Below are positions 9,584 through 17,046 of a stretch of 32,000 bases of DNA, piece after piece. The notes beneath the pieces were generated by a model that saw only the letters and a list, made by a program, of their open reading frames with translations, made no database searches and was not told the origin of the DNA. The stretch spans positions 4,213-36,212 of the forward strand of contig JAFVQW010000053.1 of assembly GCA_017504605.1 (NCBI GenBank), read 5' to 3'. A program made the translations under genes and the position numbers. This stretch comes from Clostridia bacterium. Its GTDB lineage: Bacteria; Bacillota; Clostridia; Oscillospirales; CAG-272. Each line of letters starts with the position of its first letter. Positions within the stretch are counted from its first letter, which is position 1.

Positions 9584-10468
9584 TTACGCGAGCGCGCCTT
9601 GACCTCCGAGAGCCGAAAGCCTCTCGTTGATTTTAGCTATGACCGCGTTTTTGTCAGCGTTCCACTCGGGCGCGACGAGCAAATCGCTCGGACAGTCGCC
9701 GGTTATTCTGTGAAGCACGGTATCGGGTCTTAGGCGTGCTATCACCCCCGCCGCGCGGGAGGCGTATTCGTCGAGGGTCAGGGGCGTGTATTCTCCCTTT
9801 AGGTACATTTTCTCGAGCTCCGTGCCTCGGGGAATATAGAGCGAGTGTATCTTCACGCCGAAAACGCCGAGCGAATTAAAGAGCTCCGCAGTTCTGTAGT
9901 CGTCGGCGGGGCTCTCGCCCGGGAGCCCTATAATCATATGCGCCACGACGGGAATACCGTAGGAGTGGAGCTGTCGCACCGCCGAGGTAAATACCTCGGT
10001 TTTATAGCCGCGGTTTATAATCCTTGCCGTGCCGTCGGAGGCTGTCTGGAGCCCGAGCTCGACCCACACGTCGAGCCGTGCCTTATACGAGGCGATAAGC
10101 TCGGTAATCTCGCGGTCTATACAGTCGGGGCGCGTGCCTACGGCGAGCGCGACAATGCGCCTGTCGGTAAGCGCCGCATCGTATTTCTCCTTCAGCACCG
10201 AGGGGGGCGCATAGGTATTCGTGAAATTCTGAAAATAGGCGATATAGCCGTCGGATTTTCCCCGAGCGAGCGCCGCCCTCACCTGCTCGCCTATCGGGAG
10301 CCCCTCGGTGATATGCTCGCCCGAGCCGCGGCCCGTGCAGTATATACAGCCACCCGTGCCGCATTTTCCGTCTCGGTTAGGACAGGTAAAGCCGCCGTCA
10401 ATGCATATCTTCCCTATCCTGCCGCCGTATTTCTCGCGGAGATAGCCTCTTAAATTCCTGTAATTCAA
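9584..10468 (-). CDS. radical SAM protein, TIGR01212/YhcC-like family
   Basis: N-terminal GKICIDGGFTCPNRDGKCGTGGCIYC cysteine cluster typical of this family. Lies 15 nt downstream of metA with no terminator between them. Confidence 0.88.
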   Translation of the reverse strand: MNYRNLRGYLREKYGGRIGKICIDGGFTCPNRDGKCGTGGCIYCTGRGSGEHITEGLPIGEQVRAALARGKSDGYIAYFQNFTNTYAPPSVLKEKYDAALTDRRIVALAVGTRPDCIDREITELIASYKARLDVWVELGLQTASDGTARIINRGYKTEVFTSAVRQLHSYGIPVVAHMIIGLPGESPADDYRTAELFNSLGVFGVKIHSLYIPRGTELEKMYLKGEYTPLTLDEYASRAAGVIARLRPDTVLHRITGDCPSDLLVAPEWNADKNAVIAKINERLSALGGQGALA

Positions 10469-10483
10469 GTCTTCCCCCGAAGC

Positions 10484-11401
10484 TTATTTGATTTTGCCGA
10501 GGTCGTAGGGTGTCGTCTGATATACGAAATAATTCAGCCAATTGGTGAAAAGGAGCGTGGCGTGCGCGCGCCAGGTGAGGAGCGGCGTGCGGGTGTCGTC
10601 GTCGTTCGGGTAATAATTCTCGGGCAGGTCGGGATTAATCCCCGCCGCCTTATCTCTCTTATACTCCTTGTCGAGTGTCAGAGCATCGTACTCCGAGTGG
10701 CCCGTTATGAATACCTGCCTGCCACGCTTCGTGGCGACGGCGTATACACCCGCCCTCTCGGACGAGGCGAGAATTTTCAGCCCCGCCGTGCTCTCTATAT
10801 CCTCTCTTTTAACCGTGGTATATCTCGAGTGCGGCGCGAGGAACACCTCGTCAAAGCCGCGGAAGAGTATAGAGCGCTTGTAATCCACGGTGTGCGAAAA
10901 TACGCCCGAGAGCTTTTTTTCGAGCGGGTACTTCTTAATTCCGTAGTGATAGTAGAGCCCCGCCTGCGCTCCCCAGCAAATATGGAGCGTTGACTGCACG
11001 TGTGTCTTCGACCACTCCATAATCTCCGAGAGCTCCTCCCAGTATTCGACCTCTTCGAACTCCATTTTCTCAACGGGTGCACCCGTGATAATCATTCCGT
11101 CGTAGTTATTCTCGCGCACGTCCTTAAATTCCTTGTAGAAGGCGAGAAGGTGCTCCTCGGAGGTGTTCTTAGACTTGTGCGTCGAGGTGTGAATAAGCTC
11201 AATCTCCACCTGCAAGGGAGTGTTGCCGAGCAGGCGCGAGAGCTGCGTCTCGGTGTCAATCTTTGTTGGCATTAGGTTGAGTATCAGTATTTTAAGCGGT
11301 CTTATGTCCTGCGTAATGGCGCGCTTCTCGGTCATTACGAAAATGTTTTCGTTTTCGAGCGTCCGTACCGCGGGGAGCTCGTTTGGAATTTTTATGGGCA
11401 T
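10484..11401 (-). CDS. metA: homoserine O-acyltransferase (MetA family; O-acetyl-specific in most Firmicutes)
   Basis: [23 protein letters not shown]...[15 protein letters not shown]...ICWGAQ motifs are characteristic of MetA. Confidence 0.93.
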   Translation of the reverse strand: MPIKIPNELPAVRTLENENIFVMTEKRAITQDIRPLKILILNLMPTKIDTETQLSRLLGNTPLQVEIELIHTSTHKSKNTSEEHLLAFYKEFKDVRENNYDGMIITGAPVEKMEFEEVEYWEELSEIMEWSKTHVQSTLHICWGAQAGLYYHYGIKKYPLEKKLSGVFSHTVDYKRSILFRGFDEVFLAPHSRYTTVKREDIESTAGLKILASSERAGVYAVATKRGRQVFITGHSEYDALTLDKEYKRDKAAGINPDLPENYYPNDDDTRTPLLTWRAHATLLFTNWLNYFVYQTTPYDLGKIK

Positions 11402-11422
11402 AATCTACTCCGTTTCAAGTTT

Positions 11423-12706
11423 TTATACCTCGGCAAGAGCCTCGTCAATATCCTCAATCAAGTCATCTACGTTCTCAATACCGCAGGAATAGCGCACGAG
11501 GTCGGGCAAAACGCCCGCCGCGATAAGCTCCTCGTCGTTCATCTGTCTGTGCGTTGCGCTCGCAGGGTGTAAGCAGCAGGTGCGTGCATCGGCAACGTGG
11601 GTCTCGATAGCGCCGAGCTTTAAGCACTTCATAAAGCGCTCGGCACCCGCTCTGCCGCCGCAAACGCCGAAGCTGACGACGCCCGACGAGCCGTTAGGTA
11701 AATATTTCTTTGCAAGCTCGTAGTATTTATCACCCTCGAGGTCGGGGTATCTGACCCAGGCAATCTTCGGGTGCTTTGCGAGGTGACGGGCGATAGCGAG
11801 CGCGTTCTCGCAGTGGCGCTTCATACGAAGGTGAAGGCTCTCGAGGCCGAGACCGAGAAGGAATGCGCTCTGGGGCGACTGCGTGCAGCCGAAGTCTCTC
11901 ATCAGCTGAGCCGTAGCCTTGGTGATAAACGCGCCCTCCTTACCGAACCGCTCGATATAGTTAACGCCGTGATAGCTCTCGTCGGGGGTGCAGAGGCCGG
12001 GGAATTTACCCGATGCCGCCCAGTCGAATTTGCCGCTGTCAACGATACAGCCGCCGACGGCGGAGCCGTGTCCGTCCATATACTTCGTGGTCGAGTGCGT
12101 GACTATATCGGCACCCCACTCGATAGGACGGCAGTTAATCGGTGTCGCAAAGGTGTTGTCAATGATAAAGGGCACGCCGTGCTCGTGCGCAACCGAGGCA
12201 AAGAGCTCGATGTCGAGCACCGAGAGCGCGGGGTTCGCGATAGTCTCGCCGAAGACGGCCTTGGTATTAGGCCTCATCGCCGCCTCGAGCTCCTCGCGGG
12301 TAGCATCGGGGGAGACGAAGGTAAAGTCAATTCCCATACGCTTCATAGTAACGGCGAAAAGATTGTAGGTGCCGCCGTATATTGCCGACGAGGAGACGAT
12401 ATGGTCGCCCGCCGAGGCAATATTGAAGACGGCGAAGAAGTTAGCCGCCTGACCCGACGAGGTCAGCATTGCGGCACTTCCGCCCTCGAGAGCGCAAATG
12501 CGCGCCGCGACGGTGTCGCAGGTGGGGTTCTGGAGCCTCGAATAGAAGTAGCCCGAGGCCTCGAGGTCAAAGAGCTTTCCCATATCCTCGCTCGTGTTAT
12601 ACTTAAAGGTCGTGCTCTGCACAATAGGTATCTGGCGGGGCTCGCCGTTACCCGGGGTATAGCCGCCCTGCACGCAGGTAGTTTCGATTCTCGTTTGTTT
12701 TTTCAT
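11423..12706 (-). CDS. metY: O-acetylhomoserine sulfhydrylase (PLP-dependent)
   Basis: MKKQTRIETTCVQGGY... and the STTKYMDGHG PLP-lysine motif. Start set at ATG 12706 (GGAGAG RBS); the 52 extra N-terminal codons in the ORF track read through the T-box leader. Confidence 0.92.
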   Translation of the reverse strand: MKKQTRIETTCVQGGYTPGNGEPRQIPIVQSTTFKYNTSEDMGKLFDLEASGYFYSRLQNPTCDTVAARICALEGGSAAMLTSSGQAANFFAVFNIASAGDHIVSSSAIYGGTYNLFAVTMKRMGIDFTFVSPDATREELEAAMRPNTKAVFGETIANPALSVLDIELFASVAHEHGVPFIIDNTFATPINCRPIEWGADIVTHSTTKYMDGHGSAVGGCIVDSGKFDWAASGKFPGLCTPDESYHGVNYIERFGKEGAFITKATAQLMRDFGCTQSPQSAFLLGLGLESLHLRMKRHCENALAIARHLAKHPKIAWVRYPDLEGDKYYELAKKYLPNGSSGVVSFGVCGGRAGAERFMKCLKLGAIETHVADARTCCLHPASATHRQMNDEELIAAGVLPDLVRYSCGIENVDDLIEDIDEALAEV

Positions 12707-13003
12707 CGGTTTTCTCTCCGTTCTGCCGTATTCGGCTAAAAAATAAAAAGCCACCGTCCCAACACTTGAGACGATGACGATGTCGACCGCGGTACCACTC
12801 AATTTACGCCAAAAGGCGTCACTCAAGGGCTCGAAAAAAGCCCCGTACCGATAACGCAGCACACGCGTGTCGCCCTAACAAAAATTGCTCGGGCGACCGA
12901 CTCGGGAGCCATAGAATTTTGCGAAGCACCTGCCGCCTTCCACCAACCGCGGCTCTCTGTGAGGCACCTATTTTGCCAAATCCCTCTCCGTCACTGTCTT
13001 TAT
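12707..13003 (-). promoter_or_regulatory. T-box leader RNA, specifier codon AUG (Met)
   Basis: On the minus strand: AGAGAG (12953-12958), distal loop GGTTGGTGGAAG (12937-12948), specifier ...TTCT-ATG-G-CTCC (ATG at 12910-12912), F-box-like GCGTTA, T-box core AAATTGAGTGGTACCGCGG (12787-12805), and terminator CATCGTCTC-AAGTGTT-GGGACGGTG plus a U-run (12738-12776). Confidence 0.85.
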
Positions 13004-13009
13004 AAGAGG

Positions 13010-13038
13010 ATTTTATCACAAACCCGCCCGCTTGTCAA
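13010..13038 (-). promoter_or_regulatory. sigma-A promoter of the T-box/metY operon
   Basis: Minus strand: TTGACA (13033-13038), N17, TGa-TAAAAT (-10 at 13010-13015). Confidence 0.7.
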
Positions 13039-13261
13039 GACTAAAGAAAAAATTTACAGCTAAATGTGCTATAGGCAAGCTCGGCACGAAGCTCCGCGGC
13101 AAAATACGCGCGTAACTAGGGTATTCACGCTTTGCGTTAAGATTTTTGCTCACGGCTCTTGTGAGCGAGCTCCCATCGCCTTGCTCGCAAAATGCGAACC
13201 CATTCCTTCGCTTGCGCTTCGGAACCGAGCGCGAGCAAACTGGTTTCGCCACCATAGATAG

Positions 13262-13360
13262 AAAACGACCCTCCATATGGAAGGTCGTTTTCTATGTGCA
13301 AAGGCTACGAAAAAGATATTTTTCGAGGTTTGCAATAAGGATTTGAACTCTCACATTGAA
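13262..13360. repeat. copy A of a ~100-nt direct repeat (terminator hairpin, 7-bp hairpin core, T-arm-like tail)
   Basis: Shares a 27-nt identical core AGGCTACGAAAAAGATATTTTTCGAGG (13302-13328) and flanking similarity with 16252-16350. Begins with hairpin CGACCcTCC-atat-GGAaGGTCG (13266-13287) plus a T-run. Its right end overlaps the last codons of the MBL gene. Confidence 0.7.
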
Positions 13361-14127
13361 TCTTCTGCAATCACTTTTAGCAATCGCTTTTCGCAGTTAT
13401 CGAGAAATTCAATCCAAATCTTATCATTTATAAAATCATTCTCGCCGCCTGCCAAAAGCTTAAGCGACTTGCCATACGTATCATTATTCCACGTGTGATT
13501 GCCGATAAACACGTCCACTCTTTCTTTTCGCATCCGATTTAGCGACGCCAGATATTCCTCACGGCAGCCGTCAAAATCAAAAGCTTTTCTTACCATTGTA
13601 TTCGTGCCCGCGCCGCCGAAGCTTCCGACACGGTAGGTCTTTCCGTTCTCCTCAACGTCGAAGAAGAAGGAAATCGTTCCTTTGGTGTGACCGGGCGTAT
13701 GTACGAAACGGATTCTCGTGTTGCCGAGCGTGAGCGTGTCCCCGTCATCCACAAGAATATCGGGAGTAAAGTACCGCGCCGCCTTCTCCGCATCATCTCT
13801 GCCTATTAGTGTTTTCGCACCTGTAAGATCGGAAAAAGCCTCGGCGGCTTCTGCGTGATCTACATGCCAATGGGTGTTGACAATATATTTAATATCCTGA
13901 GGATGAAAGCCCAACCGATAGATGGAATCAAGCACCAAATATGCTGTCTTGGAATATCCGGGGTCTATCATAATCAGTCCGTCACCTGTATCTACGAGGT
14001 GACAGGAGGCTTGGTAGGTCCCAACGAAATAAACGCCACCGATGATTCTAAACGGCATCATTTTCCCAAGCCACGGCTTGACCGCTATGTCCTTCAGGCG
14101 CTCGTACATTTTTCCGAATCTAAACAT
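13351..14127 (-). CDS. MBL-fold metallo-hydrolase
   Basis: H-x-H-x-D-H motif (NTHWHVDHAE) plus downstream HTPGHT. AAGGAG RBS. Lies 11 nt downstream of the dehydrogenase gene. Confidence 0.88.
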   Translation of the reverse strand: MFRFGKMYERLKDIAVKPWLGKMMPFRIIGGVYFVGTYQASCHLVDTGDGLIMIDPGYSKTAYLVLDSIYRLGFHPQDIKYIVNTHWHVDHAEAAEAFSDLTGAKTLIGRDDAEKAARYFTPDILVDDGDTLTLGNTRIRFVHTPGHTKGTISFFFDVEENGKTYRVGSFGGAGTNTMVRKAFDFDGCREEYLASLNRMRKERVDVFIGNHTWNNDTYGKSLKLLAGGENDFINDKIWIEFLDNCEKRLLKVIAEDSM

Positions 14128-14138
14128 AACACGTCTCC

Positions 14139-15215
14139 TTATCCGTTACCGCCTGTCAAAAGTTTAATAATAGCGTCGCCGACCTCTCCCGTCTTTGCCG
14201 TTCCGCCAAGGTCGCAGGTAAGGGTCTTACCCTCCACCATCAGCACTTCAATCGCATCAATCAAACGAGCTCCCCAATTTTCATAACCGAAAAAGTCAAG
14301 CATCTGACTTGCCGACCAAATCGATGCCAAGGGGTTTGCAATCTGCTTGCCGGCAATGTCGGGAGCCGAACCGTGTATTGGCTCAAACATAGACGGGAAT
14401 TTTTTCTCAGGGTTGAGATTTGCCCCTGCAGCAAGCCCCATACCGCCGGTAATAGCGGCTCCGAGGTCGGTCAGAATATCTCCGAAGAGATTTGACGTGA
14501 CAACGACCTGGAATCTTGCGGGATCCTTAACAAAGAACATGCTTGCCGCATCCACCAGATAAGAAGCCGTTTTTACGTCAGGATATTCCTTTGCCACCTC
14601 GGCAAACACACTGTCCCAGAACACCATGGAATAGTTGAGGGCATTGCCTTTTGAAATGCTTGTAAGAGTTTTTCTTTCCTTGCGTGCGAGTTCAAATGCA
14701 TAGCGGATAATTCTTTCTGTACCCTTTCGAGAAAAAACGCCTGTTTGAAGCACGACCTCGTTCTCCTGTCCGCGATACAGCCAATCGCCTGCACCGGCAT
14801 ATTCTCCCTCGCTGTTTTCGCGAATTACGATCATATCGATGTCTTTGCAGGAAATGTTTTTCAGCGGGCAAGGTGCACCGTTCAACAATTTTACGGGACG
14901 TACGTTGACGTACTCATCAAATTCGTGGCGTATCTTTAAAAGCAAATCCCAAAGCGAAATATGGTCGGGAACACCGGGGTATCCTACTGCGCCAAGATAT
15001 ATAGCGTCATACTCTTTTAGTGTATCAATGGCATTGTCGGGCATCATTTTGCCATTCTTCAGGTAATATTCGCAGCCCCACGGAAAGTTAGTGAATTCAA
15101 ATTGAAATCCACCGTCAAGCTTTGCCACGTGCTCCAGCACTCGTACTCCCTCGGCAATAACCTCGGGACCAATTCCGTCGCCCGCAATGACTGCAATTTT
15201 GTAGCTTTTCATCAT
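14139..15215 (-). CDS. dmlA: tartrate dehydrogenase/decarboxylase / D-malate dehydrogenase (decarboxylating), isopropylmalate-dehydrogenase family
   Basis: MMKSYKIAVIAGDGIGPEV..., PDHISLWDLLLKIR, NLFGDILTDLG and HGSAPDIAGK closely resemble TtuC/DmlA as I recall them. A divergent LysR gene sits upstream, as with E. coli dmlR-dmlA. Confidence 0.85.
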   Translation of the reverse strand: MMKSYKIAVIAGDGIGPEVIAEGVRVLEHVAKLDGGFQFEFTNFPWGCEYYLKNGKMMPDNAIDTLKEYDAIYLGAVGYPGVPDHISLWDLLLKIRHEFDEYVNVRPVKLLNGAPCPLKNISCKDIDMIVIRENSEGEYAGAGDWLYRGQENEVVLQTGVFSRKGTERIIRYAFELARKERKTLTSISKGNALNYSMVFWDSVFAEVAKEYPDVKTASYLVDAASMFFVKDPARFQVVVTSNLFGDILTDLGAAITGGMGLAAGANLNPEKKFPSMFEPIHGSAPDIAGKQIANPLASIWSASQMLDFFGYENWGARLIDAIEVLMVEGKTLTCDLGGTAKTGEVGDAIIKLLTGGNG

Positions 15216-15293
15216 TTTTCTCCTTGCACTTTAAAATAGATTCGTACGTTTAATTGTAGCACGCTGAATACTATTTGTAAAATACATTTTATA

Positions 15294-15322
15294 TTGACTT
15301 TTATAGCTTTTTGCTATATAAT
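15294..15322 (+). promoter_or_regulatory. sigma-A promoter of the LysR gene
   Basis: TTGACT (15294-15299), N17, TATAAT (15317-15322). Confidence 0.6.
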
Positions 15323-15350
15323 AAGGTGAAAAAGAAGAAGGGAGCAGGAT

Positions 15351-16232
15351 ATGAATATAACTCAACTTAGATATTTTCACGCAGTAGCAGAATATCATAC
15401 GGTATCCCTTGCGGCACAGCGATTGTATATTTCTCAGCCCTCGCTTTCGAACGCGATACGCGAGTTGGAGAAGGAGTTTGCGCTATCTCTTTTCTACCGC
15501 CGTCACAACGGAATGTTTTTAACTCCCGAGGGTACGAAGCTTTACAATTTGACAAAGGAGCTGCTCACCAAATATGCCGAGGTCGAGCGTGTGATGCTGG
15601 AACTCGGAGGAGATACGCGCAGATTGAGACTTGGCATACCGCCTATGCTGAGTTCTATTATATTTGCCGATATTTACAAAGAATTTGCCGAGAGAAACCG
15701 ACTTACACACCTTGAAATAAGCGAAAAGGGAAAATATGAGCTTCTTTCGGAGCTGAACGAGGGACTGCTTGACACGGTATTGCTTCCTCACGTCAAGCCC
15801 TTTGATATATCCTACCGCGCTCAAAAAGTGGGAAGGCTTGAGGTTGTTTGTTGGGTAAACAAGCTTGATTCACTCGCGGAGTGCGAGGAAATAAACGCCA
15901 AAATGATAGAGGGTAAGCCTCTCGTCCTCTTTGCCGACACATTCTTCCAGACAAAGACTATAAGAGAGTGGTTTTCCGGCGCGGGTGCATACCCAACGGT
16001 GTGTGTTCAGACCGAACAGCTGTCTACGGCAGAGAGCATGATAGAAAGTGGCCAGGCAATAGGATTTACTTTCGGAAAAATTGCAAACAAAAACAGAAAG
16101 CTCAGGGGCGTATCGCTTTTTCCGAGGATTTTTGTGGACGTAAGCCTTGTCAGAAGTAAAGATGTTTTTTTGCTCGACGGAGTGAAAGAGCTTGAAAAAT
16201 ACTTTAAAAATAGCAATCCGTTTGACAAATAA
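15351..16232 (+). CDS. LysR-family transcriptional regulator (DmlR-like by position)
   Basis: N-terminal wHTH MNITQLRYFHAVAEYHTVSLAAQRLYISQPSLSNAIRELEKEF and a C-terminal substrate-binding domain. Divergent from the dmlA-like gene. Confidence 0.92.
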   Translation: MNITQLRYFHAVAEYHTVSLAAQRLYISQPSLSNAIRELEKEFALSLFYRRHNGMFLTPEGTKLYNLTKELLTKYAEVERVMLELGGDTRRLRLGIPPMLSSIIFADIYKEFAERNRLTHLEISEKGKYELLSELNEGLLDTVLLPHVKPFDISYRAQKVGRLEVVCWVNKLDSLAECEEINAKMIEGKPLVLFADTFFQTKTIREWFSGAGAYPTVCVQTEQLSTAESMIESGQAIGFTFGKIANKNRKLRGVSLFPRIFVDVSLVRSKDVFLLDGVKELEKYFKNSNPFDK

Positions 16233-16251
16233 CTCAAATGGGAGGTGCGTA

Positions 16252-16350
16252 AAAACAGACCATCGAATGATGGTCTGCTTTTCTGTGTTTATAGGCTACG
16301 AAAAAGATATTTTTCGAGGATTGCTACTAGGATTCGAACTCCCGTACTCA
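16252..16350. repeat. copy B of the ~100-nt direct repeat
   Basis: Terminator hairpin CAGACCATC-gaat-GATGGTCTG (16257-16278) plus a T-run; identical 27-nt core at 16293-16319. ACTAGGATTCGAAC (16326-16339) is identical to 14 nt of the T arm of the tRNA-Gln gene (16569-16582). Confidence 0.7.
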
Positions 16351-16521
16351 ATCACGCCAAAGGCGTGCATATCATCAATTCCGTAGGAATTGCATATCAT
16401 CAATGCGGAGCATTGTATATCATCATTGCGAAAGAGGATACAGCCTACGGCTGATGATATGCACCTTCGGTGATGAGATACACGCTAAAGCGTGATGATA
16501 TACCATTGCTTTCGCAATGGA
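16350..16521. repeat. hairpin/linker array element, copy R2
   Basis: Eight short GC-rich hairpins alternate with GYATATCATC (3 copies: 16367-16376, 16392-16401, 16415-16424) and then its complement GATGAKATRC (3 copies: 16453-16462, 16472-16481, 16494-16503). It shares both termini with 27544-27723. Confidence 0.65.
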
Positions 16522-16558
16522 TAAAAAAATTCGACAAGTCGAAACTTGTCGAATTTTT
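16522..16558 (-). terminator. intrinsic terminator directly after tRNA-Gln
   Basis: ATTCGACAAG-N6-CTTGTCGAAT stem (16529-16554) flanked by A and T runs. Confidence 0.75.
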
Positions 16559-16632
16559 TGGCAGCGGAACTAGGATTCGAACCCAGACATACAGAGTCAG
16601 AGTCTGCTGTGCTACCTTTACACAATTCCGCT
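16559..16632 (-). tRNA. tRNA-Gln (anticodon CUG), CCA encoded
   Basis: Manual cloverleaf of 74 nt: acceptor AGCGGAA/UUCCGCU, D arm GUGU-AAAGGUA-GCAC, anticodon arm GCAGA-CUCUGAC-UCUGU, variable loop AUGU, T arm CUGGG-UUCGAAU-CCUAG, discriminator G, then CCA. Confidence 0.9.
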
Positions 16633-16663
16633 AAATTTTCTGTTTCTGCTTTGCGCGGATTTT

Positions 16664-16692
16664 ATTTTACCACATTGAAAATTATTTGTCAA
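16664..16692 (-). promoter_or_regulatory. sigma-A promoter of tRNA-Gln
   Basis: Minus strand: TTGACA (16687-16692), N17, TGg-TAAAAT (-10 at 16664-16669), about 30 nt upstream of the mature 5' end. Confidence 0.65.
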
Positions 16693-16816
16693 GGGGTTTT
16701 TGTAATTTTGCCCGCGGTTTTCATTTTCAGTCCCTTTAACACGATGAATTTGACAAACTAACCGCATTATATTTTCAAATCAAAAGGCTTTAGTCGCAGG
16801 AATGCTTCTAAAGCCT

Positions 16817-17020
16817 CTACTTTTCTTTATCACATCTTCCGAGAAGATAATCAAGTGAAACATCGAAATAATCCGCAAATTTTATAAGCGTTTCATAATC
16901 TGCTTCTCGCTCGATATTTTCGTACCTCGATATTGTGTTCTGGTTCATATTCAAATCAAGCGCCAGCTTTAACTGCGATATTCTTCGCTCTTTTCGCAGT
17001 TTTTTGAGTCGAAATTCCAT
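16817..17020 (-). CDS. XRE-family (Cro/CI-type) HTH transcriptional regulator, 67 aa
   Basis: RKERRISQLKLALDLNMNQNTISRYE HTH. A terminator hairpin AGGCTTTAG...CTAAAGCCT lies downstream (about 16783-16815). Confidence 0.88.
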   Translation of the reverse strand: MEFRLKKLRKERRISQLKLALDLNMNQNTISRYENIEREADYETLIKFADYFDVSLDYLLGRCDKEK

Positions 17021-17046
17021 TTTTCACTCCTCTTTGCAAATACCTC

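Noticed and set aside
11771-12739. 322-aa plus-strand ORF opposite metY
   Set aside because: Shadow ORF antisense to a clear PLP-dependent sulfhydrylase.
12707-12862. N-terminal 52-codon extension of metY in the ORF track (start at 12862)
   Set aside because: The extension covers the T-box core and its terminator. A GGAGAG RBS precedes the internal ATG at 12706, and the MKKQTRIETT start matches the usual MetY N-terminus.
12707-13003. Expected SAM-I (S-box) riboswitch upstream of metY
   Set aside because: I looked for the S-box core and found T-box landmarks instead (AGAGAG, GGUGGAAG loop, UGGUACCGCG).
13016-13498. Small ORFs 13016..13276 (-), 13064..13261 (+), 13146..13346 (+), 13150..13335 (-) and 13277..13498 (+); two of them start with MEGRFL
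   Set aside because: The identical MEGRFL starts arise from the palindromic terminator (CCATATGG) read on both strands. The ORFs cross promoter, hairpin and repeat sequences and lack an RBS.
16290-16350. tRNA pseudogene or second tRNA, given the GGATTCGAAC T-loop-like sequence (also at 13335-13350)
   Set aside because: The T stem cannot pair (GGGAG vs CCTAG), there is no acceptor stem complementary to any 5' partner, and there is no anticodon arm. I kept it as a T-arm-like repeat, not a tRNA gene.
16245-16454. 69-aa ORF across repeat B and the hairpin array. The same applies to 27563..27790 across R3.
   Set aside because: They run through terminators and palindromes, have no RBS, and the similarity between the two loci is at the nucleotide and structure level, not in a common reading frame.
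16350-16521. Possible mini CRISPR array, given the regularly spaced 10-mers
   Set aside because: The repeats are only about 10 nt, they flip orientation halfway, the 'spacers' are themselves perfect palindromic hairpins, and there are no cas genes.
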